Source: the human T2T-CHM13v2.0 reference genome, Homo sapiens. Taken from it: DNA of 64,000 bases. A model generated the notes under the pieces. It did no database searches. It worked only from the letters and a program-made list of their open reading frames with translations, and was not told the origin of the DNA. The stretch is from NCBI RefSeq assembly GCF_009914755.1, contig NC_060932.1, one strand, 5' to 3'. The position numbers and the translations under genes were made by a program. This document shows, piece by piece, positions 60,421 through 64,000 of this stretch (position 1 is its first letter; the number at the start of each line of letters is the position of its first letter).

Positions 60421-64000
<3,580 letters not shown>

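Overview
Human (primate) genomic DNA rich in Alu, L1, MIR, LTR and DNA-transposon remnants. The right third holds all ten coding exons and the 3' UTR of AZIN1 (antizyme inhibitor 1) on the minus strand. The exons join into a 1347-nt ORF (448 aa + TAA, ATG at 59894, stop at 44814-44816); the promoter and first exons lie beyond the right edge. Exon numbers assume the common 12-exon transcript. Two CpG islands at about 22.7-23.5 kb and 26.6-27.3 kb fall where I recall the lncRNA GASAL1. The most interesting signals are RNA-level controls on AZIN1: an exon 11/exon 12 inverted repeat around the S367G A-to-I site, a poison upstream acceptor for exon 6 (154-aa product), and a duplicated 35-bp intronic element whose core is antisense to that acceptor's branch point. 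There are also two upstream reading frames abutting the AUG, a GC-AG intron and a NAGNAG acceptor. Several Alus have unusual structures (3' transduction, captured foreign DNA, twin-priming-like junction, micro-inversion). Repeat family names and most repeat boundaries are by-eye estimates.
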